A stretch of DNA of 64,000 bases from Bdellovibrionales bacterium (GTDB lineage: Bacteria > Myxococcota > XYA12-FULL-58-9 > SYDY01): positions 19,722 through 83,721 of the forward strand of contig SYDY01000121.1 of assembly GCA_005801425.1 (NCBI GenBank), given 5' to 3'. The position numbers and the translations under genes are program-made. The notes under the pieces were generated by a model. It did not search any database and had not been told where the DNA came from. It was given only the letters and a program-made list of their open reading frames with translations. Below, in pieces: positions 48,447-57,610 of the stretch (positions are counted from its first letter, which is position 1; each line of letters opens with the position of its first letter).

Positions 48447-49419
48447 TCAAAATACGAAATTTATCGCAAGCATCGCGATCAGCAAACCACGCCATTCCGA
48501 GATCGCCCCCACCTGCGCCCGAAGGTTTATACACGCCACCACAATAATGGGCCAGCTTGCGTGCTCTTGCATGCCCTGGCGTTAGCATCGGTAAATCCAT
48601 CAGATCGCCTAGGCGACACAACATCGATGAATAGGAATCTACGATTGAAATAAAACGATTGATGTCGCCCTCGGCCCAAGCCGCCAGACCTTCTTCAGCA
48701 AGCGCACAGAGATCACGAACCACGGGCATCATCTGTTTAGGATTTTCGGAACATGCCCAATGAAATTTTTCGAGCCTGGTGGCTGTGTTGCTGCTTTCTT
48801 GGGGCCAGATATAAACCGCATGCAGGTTTTGAGGCCAAGCAAGATCGTCACTGATTGTCACGTCATCCCCATGCCATTGTACCGAACGTATGCCGCCGAA
48901 ATAGCTTGCAACAACGTCCATACCACTGCCACGATGATTTTGTTCTGCTTGGTGCAATGCAATCAATTGACGCCACGAGAACACGGGCGGTTCACGAACC
49001 GCCCCTACAGAAGAACCACAACAATCTGATTTTTTTTCACGAACCAACGCCCCTACATATTCTTCAACTGCTTTCGCGGTTGCGACCATCAATGCTGCGC
49101 TTGAACCAATGCCAAGCTTGATGCCCGTTTTGAGATCGGAAAACGCGGACGTGTCCACCGTAATCGCAGCATCGTGTAGATCCGGTGCACTCGCTTCAAT
49201 CACCCGACGAACAAATCCGAAATATGGATCTAACTCACTAAAAATATCTGGTGATGTTTTATGGCCCGAAGAAACACAAACATGTCCAGGATGCGTACAA
49301 ATCGTTGTTTCGGCAAATCGATCGACAGCCATCACAAGACCTGGTGCACCATGCAATACAGCATACTCCCCAAGAAGAACCACTTTCCCGGGTGCTCGCG
49401 CCGTCAACATGCGCTTCAC
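48370..49419 (-). CDS. Phosphomevalonate kinase (GHMP family) carrying an in-frame tandem REP-element insertion
   Basis: APGKVVLLGEYAVLHG, GIGSSAALMVA and GSGMDVVASYFGG motifs. Residues VGALVREKKSDCCGSSVGAVREPPVFSW are encoded by the REP copies at 48985-49062. Confidence 0.7.
   Translation of the reverse strand: MKRMLTARAPGKVVLLGEYAVLHGAPGLVMAVDRFAETTICTHPGHVCVSSGHKTSPDIFSELDPYFGFVRRVIEASAPDLHDAAITVDTSAFSDLKTGIKLGIGSSAALMVATAKAVEEYVGALVREKKSDCCGSSVGAVREPPVFSWRQLIALHQAEQNHRGSGMDVVASYFGGIRSVQWHGDDVTISDDLAWPQNLHAVYIWPQESSNTATRLEKFHWACSENPKQMMPVVRDLCALAEEGLAAWAEGDINRFISIVDSYSSMLCRLGDLMDLPMLTPGHARARKLAHYCGGVYKPSGAGGGDLGMAWFADRDACDKFRILIAQENHLVDLDLHKAQAGVSVVAGA
48985..49062 (+). repeat. REP-like element copy D plus a degenerate half-copy D', in frame inside the phosphomevalonate kinase gene
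   Basis: GGGCGGTTCACGAACCGCCC CTACAGAAGAACC at 48985-49017. TTCACGAACCAACGCCCCTACATATTC at 49036-49062. Confidence 0.85.
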
Positions 49420-50417
49420 TGAAGAACCTCATTGACCTGAACACCTGAGCCCAATCCCACAATTTGCACCGCTTCAACACCCGGTACAGATCGAAGATCT
49501 TCGGCAATACGTTCGGCGTCATCGCCCTGGCAAATGACTTTGACCTGCGGCCCTGCATCCATGGTAAAGCATGCAGCAATACCCGAGGCACGAAGCGCAC
49601 GAACACGATGCATCACTTCAACCGACGCACCATTCCAGTACAAAAGTCCGGGATCTGCCGCCAACATCACTGCATGCATTTTGAGGCAGCTTTGTTCGGT
49701 AACAGAGGCAAGTAAATCAAAATCACGCGTCGCAATCGCACCGCGCATAGCATCGAGATCCTGCGACGATGTTTCAACCCATGCAGGGTAATAAGGTGAT
49801 GTGGATGCTGTGAGTTCCATCCCTGCCGATGAAGATGTTATTTTACGATCCAAGCGCGTCATCACAACAACTATTTTTAATGGCCATTGATCGCCCGAAA
49901 GGAGTTGTTCAGCATAGGCACTCCGATTATCTCCTGGCGATCCCCTATGCATTTCAACAAAGCCACCAAAAATAGACCTCGCCGCCGAACCTGATCCGCG
50001 CCTGGCCAAGCATGTCAATTCACGGGGCGTAAGATTTAAATTTGCCGCCGTAGAGGCTGCCGAAGCCAGTGCTGCAAAACCCGAGGCAGAAGAGGCAAGA
50101 CCTACTGCAAGAGGAACAGTGCTTGTGCTCACCACATGGGCCGCATCACTTCGACCCGCAATCGTACGAACAAGATCCAGAAATTCTGTCACACGTGCGT
50201 ATTCACGCCCTTGTGCAGCAAGCCCATTGATTTCAACAATGTCGGGGCCTGATATACCTAAAAACGTCACCGCTGTTGTGCTGTTAAGCTTACCCAACGT
50301 GACCGAGATAGAACCAACAGCAGGAATATTCAGCGCAGCGTCACTCTTGCCCCAGTACTTCACGAGAGCAATATTGGCACCGGCCACCGCCTGCATCGTT
50401 TTACTTCTCAAATGCAC
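49416..50417 (-). CDS. mvaD: Diphosphomevalonate decarboxylase
   Basis: ANIALVKYWGK hallmark and the GHMP fold. Confidence 0.85.
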   Translation of the reverse strand: MHLRSKTMQAVAGANIALVKYWGKSDAALNIPAVGSISVTLGKLNSTTAVTFLGISGPDIVEINGLAAQGREYARVTEFLDLVRTIAGRSDAAHVVSTSTVPLAVGLASSASGFAALASAASTAANLNLTPRELTCLARRGSGSAARSIFGGFVEMHRGSPGDNRSAYAEQLLSGDQWPLKIVVVMTRLDRKITSSSAGMELTASTSPYYPAWVETSSQDLDAMRGAIATRDFDLLASVTEQSCLKMHAVMLAADPGLLYWNGASVEVMHRVRALRASGIAACFTMDAGPQVKVICQGDDAERIAEDLRSVPGVEAVQIVGLGSGVQVNEVLQ

Positions 50418-51190
50418 TGTGTTCGTCCTCCATCGACGGCTATTGATGTACCACGCATATAGGCGGCACTAGGGCTTGCAAGAAAAACAGCAAGTGCCGC
50501 AATTTCACGAGGTTCTGCCAAACGATGTTCGGGAACTGCAGCGGTCCATCCTGCAAGAATGGACTCGGGCGAAACATGGTTGTTCGTGGCAAGAGTGTCA
50601 CGAAGTTTTGTTAAACGATCGGTATTGGTGAACCCAGGCAAAATATTATTCACCGTGATCCCAGGAGGAAGTTCTTTGGACAATGTTTTTGACCAGCCTC
50701 CCATGGCCGCACGCACGGTATTGGATACGCCCAAATGGTGAATCGGTTCACGCACCGATGTCGATACAATGTTGATGATGCGGCCATAGCCCAGCCGCTC
50801 CATGCCAGGAACAAAATTTTGTGCCAGCACATGAGACGCCAACACGTGCTGCGTAAAAACGCGCATCATCGTGTTTGTTGTGGCCTTAAGCAACGGTCCT
50901 GGCTCAGGACCGCCCGAGTTGTTGATCAAAATATGCACATCACCCATACGAACAGAAATTTCTTCTGCAGCACGCGCCGTTGCATCCAGATCAGTAAGAT
51001 CGACCGAAACAGAAATTGCATCCACGCCTTTGGCATTAAGCGCACGTGTTGTTTCTTCAAGTGATTTTGGATCGCGACCAAGAATAGCCACGGAAACGCC
51101 TTCGTCCGCCAAGGCGTCGGCAATGGCCCGACCAATGCCACGACTTCCTCCGCACACCACAGCACGTTTTCCATGAAGACCTTCGGACAT
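50408..51190 (-). CDS. Short-chain dehydrogenase/reductase (SDR)
   Basis: Cofactor motif VVCGGSRGIGRAIA, NNSG, and the catalytic Y-x3-K region. Confidence 0.8.
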   Translation of the reverse strand: MSEGLHGKRAVVCGGSRGIGRAIADALADEGVSVAILGRDPKSLEETTRALNAKGVDAISVSVDLTDLDATARAAEEISVRMGDVHILINNSGGPEPGPLLKATTNTMMRVFTQHVLASHVLAQNFVPGMERLGYGRIINIVSTSVREPIHHLGVSNTVRAAMGGWSKTLSKELPPGITVNNILPGFTNTDRLTKLRDTLATNNHVSPESILAGWTAAVPEHRLAEPREIAALAVFLASPSAAYMRGTSIAVDGGRTQCI

Positions 51191-51191
51191 G

Positions 51192-52235
51192 TTACGCGTC
51201 TCCTTGAAATTCTCTCACCAGAACACTGGCATAGCCACCCGAAGGCAATGAAAAGCAAAGACGCAAATCCTCGCCGTCCATCGAAACATCAAGTTCTTCA
51301 GGAATAACAACATAGGGCCGACGTGTACCCTCTGCAATGGATCCAATGCGCGCAAACATGTCCACATCCATCCCAAAGCGTTCATAGACGGATGCTTCCT
51401 GTGCAGCAGTCTCCCCTTCGGTCATCAACATTTTGGGTCCAAGCATCGGGCCTGTCACACACAATTCACCTTGATCCAGACGGGTTTGATCATGCGCAGG
51501 ATCTTCACACAAAAATGCCGAACGGCCAGCATGACGTTGCAGAGCATCACCTGCCTGCACCACATTCAAAGTGCCTGCACGCATGCGTTCAGACAAACAA
51601 ACATTAAACAAAGCCGACTGAACCGATGAAATAGCCATGCGGTACTGGCGTTTGTCGGGATGACGTTTCGACGCGCCCTGAAGTGCAAGAAGCCCCTCCC
51701 GGATTGTATTGCCATCGTAACCAAACCGTTGCGAGCCATAAAAGTTAGGAAAACCCACCGTGCGTATATGTTGCGCGATCTCAGCGCAGCGCTGTTCCGC
51801 ATCCGCTCCCACGCCTCGCAACCAAAGAAGAAATCGATTGCCGCGAAGATGCCCTGTTTTCAATTTATTGCCATGACGCGCCCAGTGCAGAACTTTAAAT
51901 TTTTCGCCTGAAAAGTTCCAATCCATGTCCACTTTGTCGGCACGCACTGACACATATTGGCGCGTGATCCCTATTTTGTCTTTCATCCCTGCCACGCCCA
52001 GATCACGAACAGGAATGCCTGTATGGCGTGAAATTTCATCTAACAGAGAAGGCGTGGTGAGATTTTTCTTTTCAATCCAAAGATAAACATGGTCACCTTC
52101 GCCGCTGGGCTCATACGCAGGAATTTCTTCTACACAAAAATCTTCGTCGCCTGATTTAAAGATACCGCCACATCCAGGAATATGTGCGGACATACGTGGC
52201 ATCTTCGATGCTGCAAAAAAAAGGTCATTAATCAT
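51192..52235 (-). CDS. truD: tRNA pseudouridine(13) synthase
   Basis: TruD family motifs GVAGMKDKIGITRQ, FPNFYGSQRFG. Confidence 0.8.
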   Translation of the reverse strand: MINDLFFAASKMPRMSAHIPGCGGIFKSGDEDFCVEEIPAYEPSGEGDHVYLWIEKKNLTTPSLLDEISRHTGIPVRDLGVAGMKDKIGITRQYVSVRADKVDMDWNFSGEKFKVLHWARHGNKLKTGHLRGNRFLLWLRGVGADAEQRCAEIAQHIRTVGFPNFYGSQRFGYDGNTIREGLLALQGASKRHPDKRQYRMAISSVQSALFNVCLSERMRAGTLNVVQAGDALQRHAGRSAFLCEDPAHDQTRLDQGELCVTGPMLGPKMLMTEGETAAQEASVYERFGMDVDMFARIGSIAEGTRRPYVVIPEELDVSMDGEDLRLCFSLPSGGYASVLVREFQGDA

Positions 52236-52933
52236 TATTTTACTATCCCAACATAAAGATGTGCTGCACCAAAACTTAATCGCGAAAATTTAACATCACG
52301 AAGACCCGCACGGACCATCGAAGCAGCAAATACTTCTGGTGCAGGAAATTTCGCAACGGAGTCTTTAAGATACGTATATTCTGTCGACCGGCCTGCAAAA
52401 ATTCGTCCCAAGAGAGGAACCACACGGTGAACATACAGACGTGCAAAAAAGCCAAAGGGGCCAGTACTCGGCTCGCCCAATTCAAGCACCGCAACCCGAC
52501 CACCTGATTTTGTCACGCGGATCATTTCACGCAATCCCAGATCGCGATCAGGTACATTGCGAATGCCAAAGCTGATGCATGTCCCCGAAAATTGTTGGTC
52601 CACAAAGGGCAAAGCCTCGGCGCTTCCGCCCAGCAGTTCAATCCTTTGCTGCAATTGTGATGCAATAATTTTTTGGCGGCCGACGGCCAACATCGCATTG
52701 CTTGGATCCACACCCACCACCATGCTTTGTGGGATTGTCTGTGCAATCGCAAGCGCAACATCGGCAGTTCCTGTGGCCACATCAAGGACGCGATCACCTG
52801 GTTTAAGTTCCAACATCGCAATCAATTTTCGACGCCAACGTTGATCAAGGCCCAAGCTCATCATGCGATTCATGACGTCGTATTTAGGCGCGATTCTATC
52901 AAACATCGCGCCACTTCCCAAACGTGTTTCCAT
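52235..52933 (-). CDS. ubiE: Demethylmenaquinone/ubiquinone C-methyltransferase
   Basis: FDRIAPKYDVMNRMMSLGLDQRWRR and VLDVATGTADVA motif I. Confidence 0.85.
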   Translation of the reverse strand: METRLGSGAMFDRIAPKYDVMNRMMSLGLDQRWRRKLIAMLELKPGDRVLDVATGTADVALAIAQTIPQSMVVGVDPSNAMLAVGRQKIIASQLQQRIELLGGSAEALPFVDQQFSGTCISFGIRNVPDRDLGLREMIRVTKSGGRVAVLELGEPSTGPFGFFARLYVHRVVPLLGRIFAGRSTEYTYLKDSVAKFPAPEVFAASMVRAGLRDVKFSRLSFGAAHLYVGIVK

Positions 52934-52946
52934 ATTCAGTTCCTCG

Positions 52947-54047
52947 TTATCTTACGCGCTGCACAGATGCTTCTACCACGAAACGCAAAGGTTCTAGGGC
53001 ATCACTTGGTGGCAATCGATCAATGGCCAGCGTTGCTTCTTCGGCATAGCGCAAAGCCAATGCTTTGGTATCTTCAATCACTTCAAGTTTTTTTGCACGA
53101 ACCACAAGTTCATTCATTTCGGCGAGAGATGCATCTTGGGTGATCACATGACGCAGTTCAGCAAGCAAAGAGGGATCGCGTTCGGCGGCCAAGATCCATG
53201 GCCATGTCAACTTGCCCTCTTTTAAATCAACCAGAGGATCCTTGCCCAAAACGGCGGCATTTCCGTCCAAGTCAAGAAGATCATCCACCAATTGGAATGC
53301 CATCCCCAAACTGGTGCCCATGGTGCACAGTTCGGTTTCAATGCTTTTTTCTGCTGAAGCGACCCGAGCACCCGCACACAACGCCCATGAAAACAAACGT
53401 GCTGTTTTTCCACGAATAATTTCCAAATAAAGATCTTGGTTGGGAGAAAATGTCCCACGGCGTTCAAGCTGCAATGCTTCACCGGCAACCATGTCGCGCA
53501 GCGTATCCAACATATCGCATAACAGGTCAAAATGTCCTGTATTTGCAATAAAACGCAATGCAGTAACAAGAAGGTGATCACCGCCCAAAATACTGGCCGC
53601 ATTGCCGTAAATCACGCGCGATGCTGTCGCGCCTCGGCGTTCATCGGCATCATCGATCACATCATCATGAAGCAGTGTTGCGGCATGAACCAACTCTGCC
53701 GCAATGGCGAGATCATGGCGTTCAGGCGCGTTCTTGGTCCCAAGGCGAGCGCCCAGCAAAACACACAAAGCGCGCACACGCTTTCCTGGAAGTGAAAGCA
53801 ATTGCGCAGCAGCAGCCGAAACATGTTCAGATCGCGTTCCTGAAGCTCCTTCCAGTGCATCAATTTTTGATATCACTGTTTCGATCTCCGAGAGATCTGA
53901 AGCAAGCCAAAGTCTGATCTCTTCCAGTCGCGTGGAGGTATCCGTGCAACCATGACGCTCTGTCGTCAGCTGAAGTAGCGGCAAAACTTCCGATGCTGAC
54001 ACCGCTGTGGAATAACTGCTATGTTTCTGTATCACGATGCTCTCCAC
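52947..54047 (-). CDS. Polyprenyl diphosphate synthase (IspB-like; supplies the menaquinone side chain)
   Basis: First DDxxD LLHDDVIDDADERRG and second FQLVDDLLD. The start is uncertain because of the divergent neighbour. Confidence 0.85.
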   Translation of the reverse strand: MESIVIQKHSSYSTAVSASEVLPLLQLTTERHGCTDTSTRLEEIRLWLASDLSEIETVISKIDALEGASGTRSEHVSAAAAQLLSLPGKRVRALCVLLGARLGTKNAPERHDLAIAAELVHAATLLHDDVIDDADERRGATASRVIYGNAASILGGDHLLVTALRFIANTGHFDLLCDMLDTLRDMVAGEALQLERRGTFSPNQDLYLEIIRGKTARLFSWALCAGARVASAEKSIETELCTMGTSLGMAFQLVDDLLDLDGNAAVLGKDPLVDLKEGKLTWPWILAAERDPSLLAELRHVITQDASLAEMNELVVRAKKLEVIEDTKALALRYAEEATLAIDRLPPSDALEPLRFVVEASVQRVR

Positions 54048-55818
54048 GGAAGATCACAGGGGAATTCGCATGGTTTTTACCCATACGCTTACCGCGCGTT
54101 TGTTTGACATCGACCGCGCAGGTATTGTCTTTTTCGGTCGTTTTTTTGAATACTGCCAGGCCGCCCTCGAAGAGCTCACAACTCATATCTTTGGACGATC
54201 CGATGCCGGTTTCACTGCCGGGTGGGGCATGCCGGTCGTCCACACCGATGCCGACTACCGTGCTCCCACGCATATGGGTGATCGACTTCGTGTTGAGGTT
54301 CGCATCGAAAAGATCGGAACCAAATCCATCACATTTCAATATACCATCATGGGTGATGAGGATTGCGTCATCCGAGCGATCTGTCGCATCACGCATGTTT
54401 GCGTCGATCTTAAAACTTTCAAAAGCTGCACTGTTCCCGCTGCATTCGTCGATGCCATGCGACGCCACGGTATGTTGGATCCCCTGCCTTAAAGCAGATC
54501 GGTCTATTTTCCCCATGCGATTCATGGGAAATTCCAAACACACGATAAAGTGTTTGGGAACTTGGGTTGCAGGCAAATGCGCTTTGCACCAAGACCGTAC
54601 TTCGTTCACAGACAATTCGAACTCTGGTTTGGCAACAAGTGCAGCCAACAGCACTTGCCCCATGCAAGCATCATCCAATCCAACCACACACACGGAGGAT
54701 ACTCCGGGATGTTTCTCAAGAACACGTTCAATGGCCGATGGGCTTATATTTTCGCCGCCAGAAATAATCACATCATCACTGCGACCTTGAATTATCACGT
54801 GGCCATCGTGCACTGCACCGAGATCATGGGTTAAAAGTTCGTCTTGAAAACCAGGACCGTGCACCGCCAAATGCCCATCATGTGAAGTCACCTGACAAAA
54901 AGGCAAAGGCCATACATGCGCGTGGGGATCATCGGCAAATGATGTTGCGATTTGCGATCCTGCTTCGGTCATTCCCCATGACATCACAACAGGGATCTCA
55001 GCCGCACGCGCGCGTTGCAACAATGACTCTGGACATGCGGAACCGCCGATAAGTGCTGCACGCAATTTCGATTGCACCGGCAATCCTGGTTTTACATCAA
55101 GCAATTGATGCAGCATGGCGGGCACTAGGGATACAAGATGCACATCGCCTGTTTCGATTCGGGCATGGACCCTCGGTGCAGAAAACGGCAAACTCAGTTC
55201 AACGCACGTTGCGTACCACAAACAGCGCAAAAGCACCGCGATACCACCCACATGATCAAGCGGCAGACATAAAAGCCATGTGTCACTGGGCAAATGTCCC
55301 ATGCGGATCATGGAACCCATGGCAGAAAAAAACAGTGTTTGCGTGGTAAGGATCACCAAGCGATTGCGACCGGTGGTGCCTGATGTAAAAACGCCCACGC
55401 GGGGTGCATTCATGGGCCATGCTACCGCCTGGAACACCCCCACCGCCTCGCTATCGCTCAGCGACTCCCCAAAAGGGAGAGTGTTAGCGGCAAGATCAAC
55501 CGAACTCACCAGAAACGCTGCTTCTGATATTTTCAGCGCCTCTTGTATCTGAGACGAAGAAAAATCCCTGGGTGGGATCACAGCACACGCGCCAAGCCAG
55601 CCTATGGCGTGAAAATCGACGACCCAATCCATATCAAAGGGTCGATGCAGAAAAACACGGGACGTTTCGACAACACCTTGCGAGGCCATGAACGCTGCAC
55701 GTTGCATCACGCGATCGCGCAATTCACGATAAGTCCATTGTAATGCACCATCACGTAGCGCAATATGATCAACCCGCGTGTTTGCTGCCACGTCAAGAGG
55801 ATTGGGTAACTTACTCAT
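54019..55818 (-). CDS. menE: O-succinylbenzoate--CoA ligase (adenylate-forming); the ORF's last ~150 codons run antisense through the thioesterase gene
   Basis: AMP-binding motifs FTSGTTGRNRLV, the hinge region, and C-terminal MGKIDRSALRQG. No in-frame stop until 54019, so the 3' end is uncertain. Confidence 0.7.
   Translation of the reverse strand: MSKLPNPLDVAANTRVDHIALRDGALQWTYRELRDRVMQRAAFMASQGVVETSRVFLHRPFDMDWVVDFHAIGWLGACAVIPPRDFSSSQIQEALKISEAAFLVSSVDLAANTLPFGESLSDSEAVGVFQAVAWPMNAPRVGVFTSGTTGRNRLVILTTQTLFFSAMGSMIRMGHLPSDTWLLCLPLDHVGGIAVLLRCLWYATCVELSLPFSAPRVHARIETGDVHLVSLVPAMLHQLLDVKPGLPVQSKLRAALIGGSACPESLLQRARAAEIPVVMSWGMTEAGSQIATSFADDPHAHVWPLPFCQVTSHDGHLAVHGPGFQDELLTHDLGAVHDGHVIIQGRSDDVIISGGENISPSAIERVLEKHPGVSSVCVVGLDDACMGQVLLAALVAKPEFELSVNEVRSWCKAHLPATQVPKHFIVCLEFPMNRMGKIDRSALRQGIQHTVASHGIDECSGNSAAFESFKIDANMRDATDRSDDAILITHDGILKCDGFGSDLFDANLNTKSITHMRGSTVVGIGVDDRHAPPGSETGIGSSKDMSCELFEGGLAVFKKTTEKDNTCAVDVKQTRGKRMGKNHANSPVIFRGEHRDTET
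54070..54492 (+). CDS. Hotdog-fold acyl-CoA thioesterase (4HBT/YbgC family), probably 1,4-dihydroxy-2-naphthoyl-CoA hydrolase of the menaquinone pathway
   Basis: ARLFDIDRAGIVFFGRFFEYCQAALEEL and VVHTDADYRAPTHMGDRLRVEVRIEKIGTKSITFQY match the 4HBT core. It lies inside the men cluster. Confidence 0.7.
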   Translation: MVFTHTLTARLFDIDRAGIVFFGRFFEYCQAALEELTTHIFGRSDAGFTAGWGMPVVHTDADYRAPTHMGDRLRVEVRIEKIGTKSITFQYTIMGDEDCVIRAICRITHVCVDLKTFKSCTVPAAFVDAMRRHGMLDPLP

Positions 55819-56780
55819 CCAACCCTCTCTATGGGATCGAATGGTGTGTACAAACTTTCCACATCAAGCATGCCATCAACCACCAAAGGACTTACTTGAG
55901 GGATCTCCAACAAGGGCCCCAAAAATCCACAAGGCAAGAGGGGAACATCAAGAGAAGCGGCAACACAAGCCGCAGCATGACGACCGATACTCGACTCAAG
56001 TGCATGGGTGATCGTAATTTCAAAACCTGCAGCAATGGCCTTTCGCGCCATGTCTGTTGTGACCGACAAACCGCCTAAAAACATGGGTTTAAGCACAATG
56101 ACATCCGCCGCACCCATTTCCAGTAATCGCAAAAATCCACCCGGTGTCACCACAGATTCATCGGCCGCAATTTTCATATCCACGCGCTCGCGGAGCCATC
56201 GCATGCCTGCGAGATCATCATGGGCGACCGGTTGTTCTGCAAGCGCAATATTCGCGGTATCAAACGTTCGCAAGGCATGCAGCGCCTCCTCGGCCGTCCA
56301 CACACCATTGGCATCAACCCAAAGTGCAACGTCATTGCCAAGGGCTTCGCGTAAGGCATGAAGCAATCGTGCATCTTCATCGAGTGCACCGCGACCTACT
56401 TTGATTTTAAACGTTCGGATCCCTTGGCTGTAAGCAATCAATGCTTCGTCAACTGAGGAAACCAGTGCGTGAACAGGAACCAACGTTTTATCGGGCGGTT
56501 CACGAACCGCCCCTACAAGAGAACACCTGAGAGAAAGTTCTAAAAACGCTGTTTCTACCGCAAAATCCCATGCCTTCGCCCCATCGCCAAACCCTGGCCA
56601 GGGTGCCGATTCACCAACACCAATATCTCCGTCTTCATTTTCAAGACGCAACCATACACCCCGGCGCATTATCTTTTCAGATAAATGCTGCTCATAGGGA
56701 TGCAAAGTCGCGCGTGAAATTTTCACAGAAGTGCTCCTGCCGTCAGCAATAGGGAAAAACGCACCATCATACGTGGGCAT
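55815..56780 (-). CDS. menC: o-succinylbenzoate synthase (enolase superfamily), carrying an in-frame REP insertion
   Basis: Enolase-superfamily metal ligands (KIKVG ... WVDANG ... DESV). Position in the men operon supports the call. Residues LVGAVREPP are encoded by the REP copy at 56493-56524. Confidence 0.7.
   Translation of the reverse strand: MPTYDGAFFPIADGRSTSVKISRATLHPYEQHLSEKIMRRGVWLRLENEDGDIGVGESAPWPGFGDGAKAWDFAVETAFLELSLRCSLVGAVREPPDKTLVPVHALVSSVDEALIAYSQGIRTFKIKVGRGALDEDARLLHALREALGNDVALWVDANGVWTAEEALHALRTFDTANIALAEQPVAHDDLAGMRWLRERVDMKIAADESVVTPGGFLRLLEMGAADVIVLKPMFLGGLSVTTDMARKAIAAGFEITITHALESSIGRHAAACVAASLDVPLLPCGFLGPLLEIPQVSPLVVDGMLDVESLYTPFDPIERVG
56493..56524 (+). repeat. REP-like element copy E (GGGCGGTTCACGAACCGCCC + CTACAAGAGAAC), in frame inside menC
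   Basis: Seen directly. Confidence 0.85.
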
Positions 56781-57610
56781 TCAGAAAAAGAGGCGTTAAG
56801 CGCGGCACCCGACGATTGATTGATTTTTTGAATCAAACGGATTGTAGGGATTAGCAATACGGTAGGAAGTGCCCATTCCCATCGGTGCGTTTGCACAGCC
56901 AATGCAACAATCAACAACAACGGAAGAATCAGCAACATAGCGATGAGACGACGCTGCCATGAAACGCCAAACCGCACCGCCAATGTGCGCTTGCCTGCAG
57001 CGGCATCGCTTGTTACATCACGAAGATTATTCAGTCCCAAAATGGCTGCGGCATAGTACCCAAGCGCAAATCCTGCGACCCATGCCTCTTGCGATACCCA
57101 TCCTGTATGCAAAAAATAAGCACCGCACACCGCCACAGGACCAAAGAATAAAAACGCAACGCATTCACCAAGGCCATGGTAAGCAAGCGGCCAGGGGCCA
57201 CCGGTATAGGCAATTGCCGTGATGGCAGACACCACGCCAATAGCACAAATAATCCATCCGCCGTACCAGACAAGCCACCCACCACAGAGCGCTGCTATCA
57301 ACAGACTGATCAACGTGCCCACGTGCAATTGTGACGGAGTCAACCATCCCATGCTTGCGGCACGCGGGGGCCCTAAACGCTGATCCTGCTTGTCGGTTCC
57401 GCGTTCAAAATCAGCAGCATCGTTGTGCAAATTGGTTGCGATTTGCAAACACAATGTGGTCACCAAAGTCACGCCAAAAACGAGAAGTGAAGCATGCTTT
57501 TTCGCCGATGCAAGCACAAACGCCACCACAACGGGCGCTGCACCGATCACCAACGTAGGAAGGCGCATGGCCAAAAGCCATGCTCTTGTTTGCGTGTTGA
57601 CACTCATCAA
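56723..57610 (-). CDS. menA: 1,4-dihydroxy-2-naphthoate polyprenyltransferase (UbiA family)
   Basis: Multi-TM UbiA-type protein with [15 protein letters not shown] (the NDxxD-like Asp-rich motif). Confidence 0.8.
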   Translation of the reverse strand: MMSVNTQTRAWLLAMRLPTLVIGAAPVVVAFVLASAKKHASLLVFGVTLVTTLCLQIATNLHNDAADFERGTDKQDQRLGPPRAASMGWLTPSQLHVGTLISLLIAALCGGWLVWYGGWIICAIGVVSAITAIAYTGGPWPLAYHGLGECVAFLFFGPVAVCGAYFLHTGWVSQEAWVAGFALGYYAAAILGLNNLRDVTSDAAAGKRTLAVRFGVSWQRRLIAMLLILPLLLIVALAVQTHRWEWALPTVLLIPTIRLIQKINQSSGAALNASFSECPRMMVRFSLLLTAGALL

